This document shows, one piece after another, positions 17,672-26,273 of a stretch of DNA of 26,273 bases. The stretch is from NCBI GenBank assembly GCA_049512935.1, contig JBEKWR010000027.1, positions 1 to 26,273 of the forward strand, read 5' to 3'. The position numbers were made by a program, and so were the translations under genes. Under the pieces are notes generated by a model. That model saw nothing but the letters and a program-made list of their open reading frames with translations. It did no database searches and had not been told where the DNA came from. Source of the stretch: Candidatus Bathyarchaeia archaeon (GTDB lineage: Archaea > Thermoproteota > Bathyarchaeia > Bathyarchaeales > Bathycorpusculaceae). Positions within the stretch are counted from its first letter, which is position 1. Each line of letters opens with the position of its first letter.

Positions 17672-20049
17672 ACATAATCCATTAGACTCTTGACGGCTTT
17701 CACTTCTTTCTTTTCCATCAACAGTTCTTTCTCAGCGACTCCGAAAAACGCCAGCACACGAGCCGCAGCAGGAACCACCTGGTTAGTCACGTAGTAATCA
17801 ACATCTACTTCATCGTAATTGGCGAAAACGTAAGGCTTCACACGACTGTAAAGCCGACCCTTACCGCTGAGCACAACGTAGCCCACTTTGTCGCCGCCCG
17901 TCAGGCGCCACCCTTTCTCCTTAAGAATTTTCGCTGCTTCCACATGCGGAGCCTTCACCGCGTACTGCTCAGGCGGTTTGGTCAGTGTCTTCCATATTAT
18001 CAGGTCACGAAAGGGAACCCGTCTCTGCTTAAGCTCAGCCACCATTTCGCTCACGTAATCAACGGCTTTCTCAACTGACTGCTCTCTAAGGATTATTTCA
18101 AGCACGTTTTCCTGAACATCCTTAGCCACCTGCGCCCAGTCTCCGCGAATAACCTCCAGACCCACGATGTCCAAACTGCCATTAACCCTCAAACCAGCAT
18201 ACCGCTTTTTAGCCTCAGTGAAAAAAATCCGCTTGTAAACCTTGCTGACCTCCACTTCAAGACCTAAGTCTTTGCCGATCTTTTCTTTCAAATCAAGAAT
18301 TTTCTTGGCATCGTTAGTCAAGAATAGGCTGTCGGTGTCGCCGTAAATGATTGTCAAGCCTTCAGCTTCGGCTAGACGGGTAGCTGTTAAAATGGTGTAT
18401 CTACCCCATGCTGAAGCTGCTTCGGCGACTGGTTTAATGTACCATCTGGCGCCAATCCATCCTGCGTAGCCGTAAGCTGCGTTTGTAATGATTTTTACGG
18501 CTTTCTGCCTTGCATCCAAAACGCTGTATTCAGCTGTCGCCGGATTCAAATCCTTCATCTGCCCGCGTATTTGGCTCCTGACCTGTATCAGAAAAGTCAA
18601 TGCTTCTTTGTAGAATCCAGGAGGCTCCTTTCGGAATTTATGGTTCACTTCAGGTGCCTCATAGACTCCGCCTTCCGGCTCAGGTTCGCCTGGTGGAACG
18701 TACGTGTCAGGGGAAAGGTTGTACCTTATCATGATGTTGGGGTACATAGACTTGAAATCCAACACGGCTATGTCATCGTGCAAGCCCGGCTTCGGCTTAA
18801 GCACTAAGCCGCCAACGTAAGGATGATAAGGCTGCTCAACCCGTCTGGGCACAAGTTCGCCGATTTTTCGTGTCTGCTTAATCAGGAACGATTCGACCCT
18901 GAAACCCACCGCCGCCGTCATAACGTGGTCAACCGGCAAACTGACTAAGCTGGAAAGCTGCACCGCGAAATCCAGCAGCAGCATGGCGGACCCGTGAATT
19001 TTGCGTGCGTTGTTCAGGCTGAACTGTTTGAGCAGCTCCCTCTTCTGCGGGTCATCCCAGTAATCGGCAAATTCAACGTCTTCAATTTCAACCCTAGAAA
19101 CATCTTTGGCAACGTCAAGGTATTCAGTCAGGTTGGCGAGGGTTTGGACTTTAACTTCGGGGAAAACATCCATGAAGTCGGCGAGGTCCACGTTAGCCAC
19201 GCCTGTGAAGGAAACGTGACCGTAAACGCTGGTGTGCGGCTCCTTCTTTGCGCGGTCAACATCAAATGTCCTCTGGAGTTGGTGGCTGCGCTTTGTCAAG
19301 TAATCCCAGTACTCTTTGTTGCCGCCGAAGCTCAAGATGACGTCGGGGTCAAACTTGCACGCGTAGTCAACGAACCGTTGAATTACGGGTTTATCGTCTT
19401 TGTTGTCGTCCGCTAAGAACTGCTTTTCTTCGCCGTTGCTGGCAACAGTGGATATTATTACGACTGGGTTCCTGTCGGGTTTAGGCGATCCCTCACGGCT
19501 GTAACTGACCATTGAGAAACTCAAGGTTCGCAGTGTGGGTTTTTCAACTTTGTCAAGTTGCCGTGGAATCGAGCGAGCAGCATAAACCCTGTCGACTCTT
19601 ACGTCAGGACCAGTTCGCTCTTCCTCCGTATCCACTTCAAGCCACGTAGAAGGGGCAATTTCGTTGTCGATGAGGTACTGCGTTGGGATGCGAATGTCAT
19701 CTTCGAGGCATTCCTTTACGGCTTCGAGCCCTCGAAGTTGCCGTGCAAGCTTCCCAGTTTCAGTTGCAGCTTTGCAGTAGACTTTGATTGCCTGCACGGG
19801 TTTTCCGAAGAAGCGGCGTTGGCAAGCTTCCGTTTTTATTATCGAAGACGGGTAGGCGTCCAAGATTTCTTTCGCAGCTAGCGATGGGTCTTGCCCTTCT
19901 TTGAGCACGGCGTAGAAATAGGCAGCGAAGTTTCTGTCAATAACGAGCACTCGGTTTTCGTTCGCGTCAATTCCCCAAAGCCACAGTTCAACGGGTTTTC
20001 CCTCGTCGATTTTTGGGTTAATGTCCAGCAGCCAGAACCGAAGTTTCAT
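17668..20049 (-). CDS. polB: Family B DNA polymerase (PolB3-like) with a degenerate 3'-5' exonuclease
   Basis: DFKSMYP, KIITNAAYGYAGW, YGDTDS and KKRY motifs. MKLRFWLLD start chosen; 20061 and 20076 are alternatives. Its stop overlaps the convergent dnaG stop. Confidence 0.95.
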   Translation of the reverse strand: MKLRFWLLDINPKIDEGKPVELWLWGIDANENRVLVIDRNFAAYFYAVLKEGQDPSLAAKEILDAYPSSIIKTEACQRRFFGKPVQAIKVYCKAATETGKLARQLRGLEAVKECLEDDIRIPTQYLIDNEIAPSTWLEVDTEEERTGPDVRVDRVYAARSIPRQLDKVEKPTLRTLSFSMVSYSREGSPKPDRNPVVIISTVASNGEEKQFLADDNKDDKPVIQRFVDYACKFDPDVILSFGGNKEYWDYLTKRSHQLQRTFDVDRAKKEPHTSVYGHVSFTGVANVDLADFMDVFPEVKVQTLANLTEYLDVAKDVSRVEIEDVEFADYWDDPQKRELLKQFSLNNARKIHGSAMLLLDFAVQLSSLVSLPVDHVMTAAVGFRVESFLIKQTRKIGELVPRRVEQPYHPYVGGLVLKPKPGLHDDIAVLDFKSMYPNIMIRYNLSPDTYVPPGEPEPEGGVYEAPEVNHKFRKEPPGFYKEALTFLIQVRSQIRGQMKDLNPATAEYSVLDARQKAVKIITNAAYGYAGWIGARWYIKPVAEAASAWGRYTILTATRLAEAEGLTIIYGDTDSLFLTNDAKKILDLKEKIGKDLGLEVEVSKVYKRIFFTEAKKRYAGLRVNGSLDIVGLEVIRGDWAQVAKDVQENVLEIILREQSVEKAVDYVSEMVAELKQRRVPFRDLIIWKTLTKPPEQYAVKAPHVEAAKILKEKGWRLTGGDKVGYVVLSGKGRLYSRVKPYVFANYDEVDVDYYVTNQVVPAAARVLAFFGVAEKELLMEKKEVKAVKSLMDYV

Positions 20050-20180
20050 CGCAAACGCCATTACAAGAAAGAGCATTTTAATCCTTTAAACTTTCAACGT
20101 GACGGGCAAGCTGACGTTTGAGCACGTTGCGTTTTTGATTCGTGAAAGAGTTACTTTTAAGAAGCGGCTGACGAGTTGAC

Positions 20181-20366
20181 CCATATTTGTGATTGTTTTT
20201 TGATGTAAATAATAGACCCTCTCCCACGGTAGGCTGTTCCAGCTTGGGGCGTTTTTCATGTTGCTTTTTTGATTTAGAGCAAAAATCAAGCTCAAAGAAA
20301 CGTGCTTGTCTAGCGGGAAAACAGGCATTTCGCCGATTTTTTCAGGTATCAACCAATTTATACCTG
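20181..20366 (-). repeat. 186-bp inverted repeat, copy 2
   Basis: Reverse complement of 15180-15365. Confidence 0.95.
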
Positions 20367-20471
20367 ATTTAAAAAATAAACAATCAAAATTGTGCTAATC
20401 ATTTTCTTTAGTGCTAAGTTGAGTCAACTTCTCTTGACTTAACCCTTCAGCGTCTTACGCACGCAGGCTGT

Positions 20472-21404
20472 CTATTTTTCTTTGATCGCGATGCCCCTTA
20501 TTTCCGCGATTATCAGGTAGAAGGCAGCGAGCCCCTTCCATCGACCCCACCGCAGCGCGATTTCCCTTGCTTCAGAAGCATTGATTGGTTTTCCACCGCA
20601 ATAGTAAGTTGAGATTACTCGTCTAATCCCCAGGTCGTCTGCGGGCAACATGTCAAGCCTCTGCATCCCCCGAAGCATGGTCAACTCAGCCGTCCAAACC
20701 CCGATGCCCCTTACCGCGTCAAGCTTCCTGACGATTTCATCCGCGTTTTCTTGGCTTTTTAAACCTTCAAGATCCAACTTTCCAGCCACAATCAACTCTG
20801 CCGCACCATGTATGTACTCGGCTTTGCGCCTGCTTAACCCAACCCGCTGGATTTCCTCCACGCTGGCGACCGCAATGATCTGCGGCGTCGGAAAAGCGAA
20901 GTAGGTTTCGTCGCCAATGTCGAGGCGCTCGCCAAATTTTTTTATTAGCTTTTCTTCCAGGGCGATTGCAACCTTGATTGAGATTTGCTGCTCAATGATG
21001 GAGTCAACGAGGGATTCGAAAACAGTTGGGGTTGTCGGGTTCTTCAGTCCGTACAGCTGCTTGGCGATCCCACTCATTACGCGGTCACCATTGATGTTTC
21101 TGTAAAAAGAGCAAAGATCAAAGTCCAAATTGAAAATGAATCGGACCGCTTCTTCCGCTTTTTGCTTGTCACCCGAGGTTAAGGAGTTGTTTGCTCTCAA
21201 CTGAACGGCTAATTTTGGCTGTTCAGTGGTTCCGACGGATGATACCTCGGCGAGGATAAGATGATCATTGAGTTTGAGGATTAATCTAAAAATGCCGTCT
21301 TGAAAGGTTCGGATTTGTTCATCGCCGTTTCTAAATATTTGAGCGGTCAAATCGAAATTGAAAGGTGCTGCTGCCTCAACTTGCAATGATTCGGTAAATG
21401 CCAT
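20472..21404 (-). CDS. alkA: DNA-3-methyladenine glycosylase II (HhH-GPD)
   Basis: FESLVDSIIEQQIS, FPTP, GLSRRKAEY, HhH VRGIGVWTAE and LPADDLG motifs. Confidence 0.92.
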   Translation of the reverse strand: MAFTESLQVEAAAPFNFDLTAQIFRNGDEQIRTFQDGIFRLILKLNDHLILAEVSSVGTTEQPKLAVQLRANNSLTSGDKQKAEEAVRFIFNLDFDLCSFYRNINGDRVMSGIAKQLYGLKNPTTPTVFESLVDSIIEQQISIKVAIALEEKLIKKFGERLDIGDETYFAFPTPQIIAVASVEEIQRVGLSRRKAEYIHGAAELIVAGKLDLEGLKSQENADEIVRKLDAVRGIGVWTAELTMLRGMQRLDMLPADDLGIRRVISTYYCGGKPINASEAREIALRWGRWKGLAAFYLIIAEIRGIAIKEK

Positions 21405-21503
21405 CTTGTCTCAACTGGAGCATTGGCTTTAATGCGGCTTTTGTGATATTAAAGATTTTTAACCTTAAACCTGCATTGTAAGCAACGAAAGGCAGGGTTA
21501 AAC

Positions 21504-22178
21504 ATGCGTTTGGTTGTGCGTTTAGGCGGCTCAGTGGTCGCTTCTCCAGTCAACACGGAACTGTTGGGCAAATACGCTGACCTGATAAAAGCAGTGAAAG
21601 CCAAGGGTCACGAGGTCGCCGTTGTCGTCGGCGGCGGCGCATTGGCGCGAGAATTCATCGGGATCGCGAAAGAACTGGGGTTGGATATGGAGGCGCAGGA
21701 TGAGATTGCGATTTCGGTTTCACGTTTGTACGCTCAGCTTTTCCTCAAAAGGCTCGGTGAAGCGGGCAGCAGCAAAGTGGCAATAACCCTTGATGACGCC
21801 GTGCAATGTCTCAGCGAGGGACGGGTTGTTGTGATGGGCGGGTTGAAGCCTGGAATCACCACAGACGCGGTCGCCGCGCTAGTTGCTGAACGTTTAAACG
21901 CGGACTTGCTGGTTAAAGGCACAGACCAGGAAGGCGTCTACGACAAGGACCCGCGGAAGCACGCGGACGCGGTGAAGCTTGACACTTTGTCGTTTGAGGA
22001 TTTGCCGAAGATTTTCAAAGGCAGCACTCACAAGGCGGGGATACACCAAATCATCGACCCCGAAGCCATCAAAGTTCTAAAACGCCACCGTGTCAAGCTT
22101 ATTGTCGTTAACGGCTTTAAACCTGAGAACATTTTGGCTGCCGTAAATGGCGAAAAAGTTGGAACAGTGATTAGTTAA
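21504..22178 (+). CDS. pyrH: Uridylate kinase
   Basis: LGGSV, VVVGGG..AR, PGITTDAVAA, GVYDKDP and terminal GT motifs. Confidence 0.94.
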   Translation: MRLVVRLGGSVVASPVNTELLGKYADLIKAVKAKGHEVAVVVGGGALAREFIGIAKELGLDMEAQDEIAISVSRLYAQLFLKRLGEAGSSKVAITLDDAVQCLSEGRVVVMGGLKPGITTDAVAALVAERLNADLLVKGTDQEGVYDKDPRKHADAVKLDTLSFEDLPKIFKGSTHKAGIHQIIDPEAIKVLKRHRVKLIVVNGFKPENILAAVNGEKVGTVIS

Positions 22179-22196
22179 GCTTAGGAAGGGCAAAGC

Positions 22197-22418
22197 TTGG
22201 AAAAACGTGAAAAGTTAGAAAAATCAAAACGCGATTCGGATAAAATAAGAAATTTGCCAGAATGGCAAGAAAATCAATTGACGGAAAGGCAAAGGAAGAG
22301 AATGAAGAAAGGGGTCGAGGGGTTGCTAAGCCTTCGATCAGAAGTGACAGAAAAATGGAAGGATCCGCCTGGGGTAGTAGAGGAAATTCGAAGGAGCAGG
22401 CGACACGACCGAGAATAA
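22197..22418 (+). CDS. Small basic hypothetical protein with an antitoxin-like C-terminus
   Basis: AGGAAGGG precedes the TTG start; ends ...KWKDPPGVVEEIRRSRRHDRE. Confidence 0.4.
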   Translation: MEKREKLEKSKRDSDKIRNLPEWQENQLTERQRKRMKKGVEGLLSLRSEVTEKWKDPPGVVEEIRRSRRHDRE

Positions 22419-22654
22419 CTTCTTCCAAGCCAAGAAAATCATATGCGCGCAAACTCGAATGAGTTCGCAATGGAAACTTTTGCGGTAGTCACTTTTCTGG
22501 CTGAACGATTCAATTCGGCTTTCTCAACGTCGAATTTGGGTTGATAATTCCAGCCGTGATAACGATCATCTGCGTGGTTCTTTCGTGGCGGTACCTGAAC
22601 AAATAAATACATGATTCGGTTAAGCAACGGAAACGCGTGAAGAGGAAAAAAGCT

Positions 22655-23344
22655 ATGACAGCACTAGTTGAAGCGGTAGACCTGAAGAAAACGTACATGC
22701 TTGGAAAAGTCCCAGTTGAAGCCGTCCGCGGAGTAAACATGACAGTCGAAGCCGGCGACTTCGTCTCCATACTTGGACCTTCAGGAAGCGGCAAATCAAC
22801 CATGCTGAACCTGATCGGCGCCTTAGACAAGCCAACAGCGGGAAAGCTGCTGATCGACGGCGTCGACATCTCAAAACTCAACGATAACCAACTAACCGAC
22901 TTGCGCAGGCGGATCGGGTTTGTTTTCCAATTTTTCAATTTGATTCCCAGATTAACCGCGTTGGGCAACGTTGAATTGGCTATGTCTATTGCGGATGTCA
23001 GCAGGTCTGAACGAAGGCAGAGAGCTGTAGAGCTGCTTGAGACTGTAGGGTTGAAAGACAGAGTAAACCACAAGCCCGCTGAATTAAGCGGTGGGCAACA
23101 GCAACGCGTCGCGATTGCAAGGGCGCTTGCGAACAACCCGAAGTTCCTTCTGCTGGATGAGCCGACTGGCAACATTGATTCGAAAACGGCAAGCGAAGTT
23201 GTAGGGTTGCTGAAGAAGCTTAACGTTGAAAATCATGTCAGCATCATCATGGTTACTCATGACCAGCATCTTGCGCGAGAAGCAAACAGGACTTTGCAGA
23301 TGTTTGACGGGTTATTATCGTCTGAAGTGGTGAATCAGCAATGA
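22655..23344 (+). CDS. ABC transporter ATPase, LolD/MacB type
   Basis: GPSGSGKST, IGFVFQFFNL, LSGGQQQRVAIARAL, DEPTGN and VTHD. ATG 22655 preferred over GTG 22637. Confidence 0.95.
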   Translation: MTALVEAVDLKKTYMLGKVPVEAVRGVNMTVEAGDFVSILGPSGSGKSTMLNLIGALDKPTAGKLLIDGVDISKLNDNQLTDLRRRIGFVFQFFNLIPRLTALGNVELAMSIADVSRSERRQRAVELLETVGLKDRVNHKPAELSGGQQQRVAIARALANNPKFLLLDEPTGNIDSKTASEVVGLLKKLNVENHVSIIMVTHDQHLAREANRTLQMFDGLLSSEVVNQQ

Positions 23345-24678
23345 AAACGTACGATATTTTAGGTTACTCTTATAGCGCAATAAAACTCCGCAAGCTCCGT
23401 GCAGCATTAACCACGTTGGGCGTAATTATAGGCATCGCCGCCATCGTTGCTTTGCTGTCCATTACTCAGGGTTTGCAGGTAAGCATAACTAATGATCTTA
23501 ACCGAGGCTTGTCTGCGAACACGTTAATTGTTGTTCCAGGCAGCAACGATTTAGGCGGCATCGGCGGCGGAGCTGGAAGCGGTGCAGGGGGCGGCCTAGG
23601 CGCCCGAAGTGGATCCGGATCGGGCTTAGGCTTGGGTTCTGGCGCAGCAAGCTCAGGCTTCGCGTTATACGTTAACTACACCAGTGAAATCGACGCACTG
23701 TCACCTGAGATAAACTCGTCAACCGCAGTTATAGAGAGAACTGGGTACGTGAACGCTGACGGCTTGAACAGTTCCGTCACCATTTACGGTGTAGACTTCA
23801 GCCAGTACGCCCAGCAGTACCCGACCACTTTTGTCGCAGCATCAGGAACCGTACCGACTAACCCAGGCAACAACGACATAGTGGTCGGTACAAGAGTGAG
23901 TGATCCAAGAGAAAACGGAACAGAGCTCTTCAGCGCGGGCGACAACGTGGGCATCGTTTGGACTAACGCTACCACGCTACCCGTAGCAAACGAAACTTAC
24001 ACGGCGCAGGTTTCTGGGATTCTTCAAAAAGTCGGCGGATTCGGCTTAGCCGGACCATCAGATACAGGCGTTTACATGCCTCTGAGTCAAGCTGAGAGCT
24101 TTTTTGGAACCAACCAGTGTGACATGATAATAGTTCAACTTAAAAACAGCAATAACGCAACAATCACCGATGTTTCTAAAGCTATAACTGACTATTTCGG
24201 CGGTCAAGTTACCGTTATATCTTCAACGGCGGTGCTGAGTCTGCTTTCAACCATTTTTGGCACAATCCAGTTGTTCCTTGGCGGGATAGCTGCTATCTCC
24301 CTGTTGGTAGCGGGCATCGGAATAATGAACATAATGATAGTTTCACTGATTGAACGCACGCGTGAAATTGGGATACTCAAAGCTTTAGGAATGAAAAGCA
24401 GAACCGTGCTGTCGATTTTCCTCGGCGAATCAGCAATCATCGGCTTAATCGGGGCGTTCGCTGGCATACTTTCAGGGTGGATCTTAGCAAACGTTGTTGC
24501 AGGACTGTTAGGGTCAGGAGCATTCGGAGGCACTGGCTTCAAAGTGACACCTTTACTGACTCCAGAAGTGTTCTTAGGTTCCTTAGCTTTCGGCATAGGA
24601 ATCAGCGTAATATTCGCCCTTTACCCAGCGTGGCGCGCATCCAAACTGAAGCCCGTCGAGGCTTTAAGATACGAGTGA
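23341..24678 (+). CDS. ABC transporter permease, MacB/FtsX type
   Basis: LRAALTTLGVIIGI, large extracellular loop, GIMNIMIVSLIERTREIGILKALG and PVEALRYE. Confidence 0.95.
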   Translation: MKTYDILGYSYSAIKLRKLRAALTTLGVIIGIAAIVALLSITQGLQVSITNDLNRGLSANTLIVVPGSNDLGGIGGGAGSGAGGGLGARSGSGSGLGLGSGAASSGFALYVNYTSEIDALSPEINSSTAVIERTGYVNADGLNSSVTIYGVDFSQYAQQYPTTFVAASGTVPTNPGNNDIVVGTRVSDPRENGTELFSAGDNVGIVWTNATTLPVANETYTAQVSGILQKVGGFGLAGPSDTGVYMPLSQAESFFGTNQCDMIIVQLKNSNNATITDVSKAITDYFGGQVTVISSTAVLSLLSTIFGTIQLFLGGIAAISLLVAGIGIMNIMIVSLIERTREIGILKALGMKSRTVLSIFLGESAIIGLIGAFAGILSGWILANVVAGLLGSGAFGGTGFKVTPLLTPEVFLGSLAFGIGISVIFALYPAWRASKLKPVEALRYE

Positions 24679-24708
24679 CAATAGCAACTAGCAGAGGCGT
24701 TTTCACCT

Positions 24709-25152
24709 GTGAAGCGGTTGTACCCTGATCAGCCAGTCGTAGGAGTCGGCGCAGTAATAATCAAACAGGGAAAAATCGCGCTGATAAAGAGGGGAAACGA
24801 GCCAAGCAGGGGCAAGTGGACGATTCCAGGCGGCTTAGTGGAGCTCGCTGAAAGCCCTGAGCAGGCAGTTATCCGCGAGGCTAAAGAGGAAACAGGACTT
24901 AGCGTTGACAGCCCCCTCTTGATTGACGTGGTCAGCAACGTTGACTATGACGAGTCGGGCAAGGTAAAATACCATTACGTCATCATCGACTACCTTGTGC
25001 ATGTAAAAGCTGGGACAGCTGAGGCGGCAAGCGACGCCGTGGAGCTGCGGTGGGTGCCGTTTGAAGAAGTCGAAGGCTACGATTTGACGGCGTCTTTTCG
25101 CCTTTTCTTCAGGAATAACAGGACAAAAATGGAAAAAGCTAATTTTCTTTAA
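24709..25152 (+). CDS. Nudix hydrolase
   Basis: Nudix box PGGLVELAESPEQAVIREAKEETGL. Confidence 0.93.
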   Translation: MKRLYPDQPVVGVGAVIIKQGKIALIKRGNEPSRGKWTIPGGLVELAESPEQAVIREAKEETGLSVDSPLLIDVVSNVDYDESGKVKYHYVIIDYLVHVKAGTAEAASDAVELRWVPFEEVEGYDLTASFRLFFRNNRTKMEKANFL

Positions 25153-25215
25153 AATCTCGAAAGAATTGGCTAAGATAAAGGCGGCTGTAATCTTGTTATT
25201 AGAATAGCCAACACA

Positions 25216-26273
25216 CTAGTTTTGCCTCGGCTCTCGCAGGAGGTAAAGTAGCCAAATTGAACTGACTAAGCATGCGCTGGCCATGAGGAATGTTATGCCG
25301 AAGTTTAGGTAAAATGATGTAAACCCTGAGATTAACGAGCCCGCCATAGTGGCAATCCCTACTAGTGCACTGTAAACGCCCAGAGAAGATCCTTGGCTGT
25401 TGCCTCCGAGGGTGTTAAAAACCATGGTGTTAGACGCTGTGTAATATATGGAAAATGCGAACCCGCTTGCGAGAGAGTAGAAAATCAAGGCTGGAATCGC
25501 GTACCAGCTGCCAGACACGAAATAAAAGGAAACGCCCAGCAACGCGTAACCTACGCTTCTGAAGGTGAGCCCAAAAATCGATGCTCCAATCAGTGAGGTC
25601 TTTTCGGCGTAGGATCCAGCGTACTGAAATGAAAAAATTTGAATAATGTTCACTATTGTTATAATGAAAAAAATTGTGAGGTTCGAAATTTTGTTTGCTG
25701 TCAATGATGGAATAATCGATGTGTTGAAGAGGCCAGCTGCGACCCAAAACATAAAGATGGAAAAATACAAAATTGGCACATTTCTGGTGAGGTCATATTT
25801 CAGTGCTCTTAATACTCTTTTGAAATCAGATAATCTTGGAATTCGAAAGAAAATGATAGGAATTCTTTGAAGTCTGTCGTAAAAGCTGTGTTTGTTTTGA
25901 ATTATCATTTGGCGCTCAAAAACAAAGGAAGGCTCTTTAATCATAAGCACAGACAAGACCGCCGATGCTATTGAGAAAATGGCCAGAGGAATTACAAGGT
26001 AACTGAGAAGAAGAAAAGATGCCCAGACTGTGCCTAGAATCAACCCTGCAGTCTGCCCGATGCTTGAAAGCATGGAAAACCACGCGAATGCGCTGCTCCA
26101 CTTCTGCTTTGGGTTTGTTTCCATGACGAGCAGGTTAAGAGGTGTAGTGACAGCGGTTGTCACGAACGAGAACAAAGCATACAGCAATGTAACGTAATAT
26201 AGGGTGCCTGCGAACAGAAACAGGAGAATAATTGCAGCTGTCGCCAAGTAGCCTGCAATAATTATAGCCCTCC
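25216..26273 (-). CDS. MFS transporter, 5'-truncated at the window edge
   Basis: Multiple hydrophobic helices. The frame stays open to the window end (..RAIIIAGYLATAA). Confidence 0.85.
   Translation of the reverse strand, partial: RAIIIAGYLATAAIILLFLFAGTLYYVTLLYALFSFVTTAVTTPLNLLVMETNPKQKWSSAFAWFSMLSSIGQTAGLILGTVWASFLLLSYLVIPLAIFSIASAVLSVLMIKEPSFVFERQMIIQNKHSFYDRLQRIPIIFFRIPRLSDFKRVLRALKYDLTRNVPILYFSIFMFWVAAGLFNTSIIPSLTANKISNLTIFFIITIVNIIQIFSFQYAGSYAEKTSLIGASIFGLTFRSVGYALLGVSFYFVSGSWYAIPALIFYSLASGFAFSIYYTASNTMVFNTLGGNSQGSSLGVYSALVGIATMAGSLISGFTSFYLNFGITFLMASACLVSSIWLLYLLREPRQN

Noticed and set aside
20086-20352. ORF sharing IPEKIGEMPVFPLDKH... with 14975..15334
   Set aside because: The similarity comes from the DNA repeat. 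The ORF ends differ, one overlaps tRNA-His, and neither has a recognisable domain.
22510-23175. 221-aa antisense ORF (and other long shadow ORFs such as 12963..13427 and 16474..16911)
   Set aside because: These are antisense shadows of well-supported genes.
23555-23660. Gly/Ser-rich stretch in the ABC permease
   Set aside because: A low-complexity linker that is common in MacB-type permeases.

Overview
Archaeal chromosomal window. The gene complement and protein styles suggest TACK archaea, probably Bathyarchaeia (inference). From left to right it holds: the 3' part of katG and a probable integrase remnant at the 3' end of tRNA-Pro(GGG); a DUF3227-like gene, a multi-PAS histidine kinase and a receiver protein; the minimal SufCB (SMS) Fe-S system; a radical SAM/SPASM enzyme; an AT-rich block with an MFS gene and a ComQ-like polyprenyl-synthase homologue; an SGNH hydrolase; DUF1385; a small DUF5678/aspartyl-protease cassette bounded by tRNA-Leu(CAG) and a degenerate copy of its 3' end; tRNA-His; a 5.2-kb block (HTH regulator, repeat-rich spacer, dnaG, exonuclease-dead polB) enclosed by 186-bp inverted repeats; then alkA, pyrH, a MacB-type ABC pair, a Nudix hydrolase and a partial MFS gene. 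The main finding is an unannotated 13-codon gene, (M)KKPLKPIRSYWW at 10715-10756. It has its own BRE/TATA, Shine-Dalgarno (SD) site and T-rich terminator, and lies between the MFS gene and a prenyltransferase that lacks its IPP-binding residues. This is a candidate archaeal ComQ/ComX-like Trp-prenylated peptide system. Both this peptide and dnaG appear to start at ACG.
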